Assembly (NCBI RefSeq): GCF_964204645.1
Contig: NC_134035.1
Location: 10,324,451-10,388,450, forward strand
Length of the DNA stretch: 64,000 nt
Direction: 5' to 3'
Origin: Tubulanus polymorphus
Taxonomy: Eukaryota; Animalia; Nemertea
Shown here: positions 58,811-64,000 of the stretch, one piece after another
Layout of the letters: the number at the start of each line of letters is the position of its first letter
Position numbering within the stretch: position 1 is the first letter of the stretch
Notes under the pieces: generated by a model
The model's input: the letters and a program-made list of their open reading frames with translations, nothing else
What the model was told of the DNA's origin: nothing
Databases searched by the model: none
Position numbers and translations under genes: made by a program

Positions 58811-61800
58811 TGCATCAATAGGAAAATAACAAAAATACACAAAGAATTATAAACTTTGATCCATAAAAAACCGAAAATTGGACTAGTCTGAAAGCCTAAG
58901 ATTATGAATTTGACAATTCATGAGGTCAATATAACCGACACTTTGTTATATTTCATGAAATATGAATCTATCATGTCAACTTTTCAAATGACATCAAGAT
59001 TGAGGACATCTCATTTATCAAGAAAAAGCTCAACTTTATTCGATAGGACCTTAATAAATCAATGTTTTATGAATAATTAATCAATGTTTTATGAACAATT
59101 GACATGAACATGTCATTTTATCCCCACAACAACAATTATACCTAAATGACAGGTATTCATGTACTGGAGGAAGTGCGTCAGTCATTTACAAAAACATGAC
59201 CTGTATTTCAAAAAAGTCTCCAACATAAAACCATTATAACCGGAGATAAAACCACAAATTCAATCTGGAAAGCTTAAGATAAGTTTAACTTAACAGTCTT
59301 TGATTTAATTTTCAATAACATTATTTTACAAGATAACTAGTTTTGCCACCTTGCCTTGTCTTTAAGACATTATCAAATTGGTTATTTTCTCAAATGTTAC
59401 ATTTAATGCAAAGTATAATGGAGGTATTCTCTTCTATGCATTCAACAAGAGTATATAAAGCGAGTATATAAATATGTTCAACTGTCAATTTGAATAGAGC
59501 TAGGGCAATAACTAATAACTAATGGCTTTGCTAACAAAGTTAAAATTCAATAACTAACTTTTTGAGGTGCTTCTTGTGCAGATATTTCAGAACCCATATA
59601 GACATTGTTAAACCATGGTTTTAGAGTCCATAGCTAGCATAATCTACTGATTAATACTGTTCATATATCCTCATTTATCAAGAGACTGCTCCTCTATTTT
59701 GCTACTCTATTTTCCATAAGGGCCTTAATGAAAATAGTATTTTATGAAACATTGATGAGCACAACAGTATGAATGACGAAACATGTGTATCATTTTATTC
59801 TTACACGACAATTATATTCCCGCTAAATGAGTTATTTAAAAAACAGTTCAACATAAAACCTACAAATTCACTCACTCTGGAAAGCGTAGGGTAAACTAAT
59901 TATTCTTTAGTTATTACAAGAAAACTAAAAACATTGCCAAAATTTTCCTCGTCTTAGAGATTTCTAATTATCAACTCAACTTATTTCACAAATGTTACAT
60001 TTGAAACAAAGCAGGGTCTGATTTAAGCACTAGTCCAATTCCCCGGGACAAGTATATTGTCATTAGGGCATGTAGGTTATCACAATCACTCGTCCACCGG
60101 GCTTGTGTAATTCTATATCTCAAAGCTTTTATCCCACTCGATGCAAGGGATGATTGTGTCTCAATCGGACTACTCATGTAGGGCAAGTTGATTTTTGAGG
60201 GGGCAAGTGATATTACATATGCTTGCCCTAAGGTCAAGTGGCATTTATTCCTTAGATCAAACCCTGCAAACTATTATAAAGGTTTTTCTTCATAATGATT
60301 AAAGATAAATCGAGTATCTTCATATTAATATCGTTTGACTGACGAAGCTACGGCAACTTCTTAATTAGTATTATTCAACTTGATAGTAGATATAAATACA
60401 ACTCTATATAAAGATCAGAAATTCTTCTTGTCCAGATATTACAGGCCCCACACAGTTGTGGTTAAGCTGATAATCAAAACAAAGCTAGGACAATTGACCA
60501 ATTAGCACTGTATCCTGGAGTTAGCCTATCAAGAAACTGCTCCTTCTATTCTATGCTCCTGCTAATTAAATCAGTATTTTATGAACCACTGAAAAGCACC
60601 ACAGTGGAATTGTTGCTATAGAAATTAACAACTAAAAAGTTTCAACATGAATGATGAAAATGTACATCGTTGTATTCACACAACAATAATATCTTAATCG
60701 AGGAATCATCATGCAAGTTCCTAATTACCAAACATGCGAACTGTGTTACAATAACAGTTTCCAACATAAAGCATTAAAACTAGAGATGGAACATACAGAT
60801 TAACTCTGGAAATCAACTAATCATAACTTTCACTAGAAAACTATAATTTTGCCTACTTTGCCCTGTCTTAAAGATGTCCAAGCACCTTGGCATTAAATAC
60901 TAAGTATTCTGGTGTTTTTTTTCTGGCAGCTTCGAAAACATCAACATAATCATACAATCGGTAACTAATCAATAACATCAATTACGTAAGTTTATAGCTG
61001 TTTTACATTCTTTCTAAAAAGTAAAATGTATGTACCAGATTTTAGATAGTAAGTCTACTCCCGCATAACAATCATCGGTCACAGCAGTGATTAAGCGCGG
61101 CTAGTTGAAAGGACGGTCGATCTTTCATCACAGTTATTCAAAGCATTCTATCATATCAGTTATTTTTTTAAGTGTGTTTGCTTTAGTTAAGGTTTATGGT
61201 TATTTGTTTTGTTCATTACAATAACTGAGTCCGATAGAATGCTTTGAATAACAACAGAAAAGATCTAGGGTTTTCGCTATACTTAGGGAAGGTTGTTCCA
61301 TAAATGAATAACCTTGTTGATAAATATTTGAAAAAATGCCTTTTCATGTAAATAGAATATTAATTTGTTGTTTGTTTCTATTGTTGTTTATTATTTTTAT
61401 CTATTATTTAATATTATCTATTTATGTATGTATTTGTATTTTGTATTATTTACTACTTATTATTTATTGGTTTTTTTCTATTTATTTTTATATTAATTTA
61501 TGTACTTGTAATTTGTATTATGTATTATTTATACTCCTCTATTTACAACTGCAGGCATTTTTTCACTGTAAAGTTTCTGGGCCCATTTTAGAAACGCACT
61601 ACCGATTCACTGCCACTCCTTGATAATCATTATACACCCAATTTGAAGCTAAGTGATAATTCACGAGAGCCATCTCGTGATATGGATTTACCCATTACAA
61701 TAAAAGAAGTTCAAACAGCTATAAACATTGTTAAAACGTTAAAAATTTGTCCTAGCAATAACTTTATGCCTTGTTATTCCAAGCTTTACCTCTCAAATGT

Positions 61801-62739
61801 AAATAATGGTCTCCTTTCAAATAAAGCTTTTGATTTCAAATATGTAGCGATGATCATCAAACAGATTGATGGAGGCTCAAAGTTAAAACTCGATTTGAAA
61901 ATCAACATGTACGATTCAAATTGTGAAATCAGTTACATGGGCCTTTGAAAATATAAATCCATCAAATAAATACATCTACAATTCAGCAAATACTTAATAT
62001 TTGTACATCAACACTGGCCTAACGTTATGTTCTGTTTCCTAATTATGTGATACCTACACGGACAAATAGCCATAGTTGACTATTTCAACTATGGTAAAGT
62101 TAAAAGATTAAAGTCACAATATCATGTTGAAACTATATCTCAGTTTAGGAGTTAACTCATCAGACCTGCAGCCCAAACAAGGTGCTCGACGCAACCATTT
62201 ACCCATAGTGACTAACCTAACTTGACTTCTCTATCAACCAAGGATCGAATACCAATATCGTGAATTAATGGAGCTTAGCTTTTATTAGACTCTAACATTG
62301 CATTAAACATTATAAAATAATTTCCTTTAAAACACTATATCAGACTGGTTTGAAAAAGGGTGATAAGTAAAAAAATCAATACTTTACGACAGAAATCCGC
62401 TATCGTCTTTGCCGCTCCTGTATCTCAGTGTTTATAAGATGCGCTATTGTTAATGCTGATCCTAATAAGATACACTATTGTCTTTGCTGCTTTTAAAACA
62501 GTGCTTATCCTGAATCAGTGTTAATGAGATAATCCATTAGCTTTGTCGGTTGAATCAATGTTTATAAGATTCACTATATTCTCTACTGCTCCTGATAAAA
62601 TATTTTATAGAAATCAACCACCGTTTGTAGAAGAATCCATCGTTGAGTGATTTCCGTTGCTGGCTCCTCAACTTCTCATCTGGGCTTCTGCAGTTTTCAT
62701 CAGCAAATGGGTCAATCAGTATCTACGTGTAGATTTTCC

Positions 62740-64000
62740 GATGAGTAGTTGATCTCAAGCTGGGTTTTTTCTCGCAGTTGATATTTAGCTGCAATGATTA
62801 AAAGAAGATATCCTTTAATAACAAAATATTTCAATGAGAATTAATCGTAATAATTCCATGTATATCAAGTTACCTTTTATGATTGCTGGTTTCATTATCG
62901 GCGATTATCTTATTAGTTGATTGGTTAATGAGTTCGATCCTAGTTAGCTGTGCGCCTTTCAAGTTGGTCGATTTTTGACTAGTAGTTGTTCTCAAACTGG
63001 GTTTTTTCTCATAGTTGAAATTTAGCTGCAATGATCAAAAGAAGATATCCTTTAATGACAAAATATTTCAATAAGAATTAATCGTAATAATTCCATGTAT
63101 ATCAAGTTACCTTTTATGATGGCTGGTTTCATTATCGGCGATTATCTTATTAGTCGATTGGTTAAAGAGTTCGATCCTAGTTGGCTGTGCGCCGTTCAAG
63201 TTGGTCAATTTTTGACGAGTGGTTGTTCTCAAACTTAGTTTTTTCGCATAGTTGAAATTTAGCTGCAATGATTAAAAAGATAATCTTTAATGACAAAATA
63301 TTTCAATAAGAATTAATCATAATAATTTCATCAATATCAAGTTACCTTTTATGATTGCTTGGTTCGTTATCGGTGTGGATCATCTAAAGTTGCTGGGTTA
63401 ATGAGTTCGATTCTGTTGGCTCCATCTGTGTGCTGTTCAAGTTGGTCGATTTTGGCAGAGTAGTTGTTCTCAAGCTGGGTTCTTTCTCATAGTTGAAATT
63501 TAGCTGCAATGATCAAAAATAGATATCCTTTAATGACAAAATATTTCAATAAGAATTAATTGTAATAATTCCATGTGTATCAAGTTACCTTTTATGATTG
63601 CTGGTTTCATAATCGGCGATTATCTTATTAGTTGATTGGTTAAGGAGTTCGATTCTAGTTGCCTGTGCGCTGTTCAAGTTGGTTGATTTTGGATGAGTAG
63701 TTGTTCTCAGTTGGGTTTTTTCTCATAGTTGAAATTTAGCTGCAATGATTAAAAGAAGATATCCTGTAATGACAAAATATTTCAATAAGAATTAATCGTA
63801 AAAATTTCATGTATATCAAGTTACCTTTTATGATTGCTTGTTTCGTTTTCGGCGTGGATCATCTAAAGTTGGTTGGTTAATGACTTCGATTCTGTTGGCC
63901 TCATCTGTTCGCTGTTCCACTTGGTCGATTTTGGACGAGTAGCTGATCTCAAGTTGGGTTTCTTCTTATAGTTGAAATTTAGCTGCAATGATCAAAAGAA
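62740..64000. repeat. ~237-243 bp tandem satellite, at least 5 copies, runs off the window
   Basis: TTTAGCTGCAATGAT recurs at ~62784, 63021, 63258, 63499, 63735 and 63978; two unit subtypes. Confidence 0.92.

Noticed and set aside
56602-58821. Twin ORFs MSDIIKKFIISR...
   Set aside because: Products of the inverted repeat; no recognisable domain.
61336-61948. Hydrophobic 95-aa ORF and a LINE-like phrase (PITIKEVQTAI)
   Set aside because: The first is AT low-complexity sequence; the second is too short and degenerate to support a retroelement call.

Overview
AT-rich, intron-containing animal (invertebrate-like) genomic DNA, read by eye without tools. (1) 61-4154: 5' exons of an HPS5 (BLOC-2) gene on the minus strand. 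(2) 4255-14836: an apparently intact ~10.6 kb Zisupton/KDZ-type DNA transposon (8-bp TCTTAAGA duplication), inserted ~100 bp upstream of the HPS5 ATG. It encodes one spliced protein: zinc fingers, SWIM, KDZ transposase, SAP, UIM-like helix, OTU deubiquitinase and PHD finger. (3) 15962-54346: a tandem array of seven single-ORF ACOT/BAAT-family genes plus one pseudogene. (4) 24823-42792, inside that array: a complete 17,970-bp Polinton/Maverick-type endogenous virus (AG...CT ends, 6-bp TSD AGTGTG, ~460-bp TIRs; integrase, packaging ATPase, major and minor capsid, pPolB, HNH nuclease, several membrane proteins). A few genes carry nonsense or frameshift lesions. Two features stand out. Each terminus is a 266-bp imperfect hairpin. 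Almost every gene starts at TAAATG/TAAAATG preceded by a T-run or an A-run, matching poxvirus late/intermediate promoter architecture. This suggests (inference) a virophage-like satellite of a pox-like cytoplasmic virus. (5) Also present: a 2.4-kb TIR insertion with a 9-bp TSD, a Penelope-like fragment with a hammerhead ribozyme, MITEs, a long inverted-repeat element, and a ~238-bp satellite built from an exon-intron-like unit.
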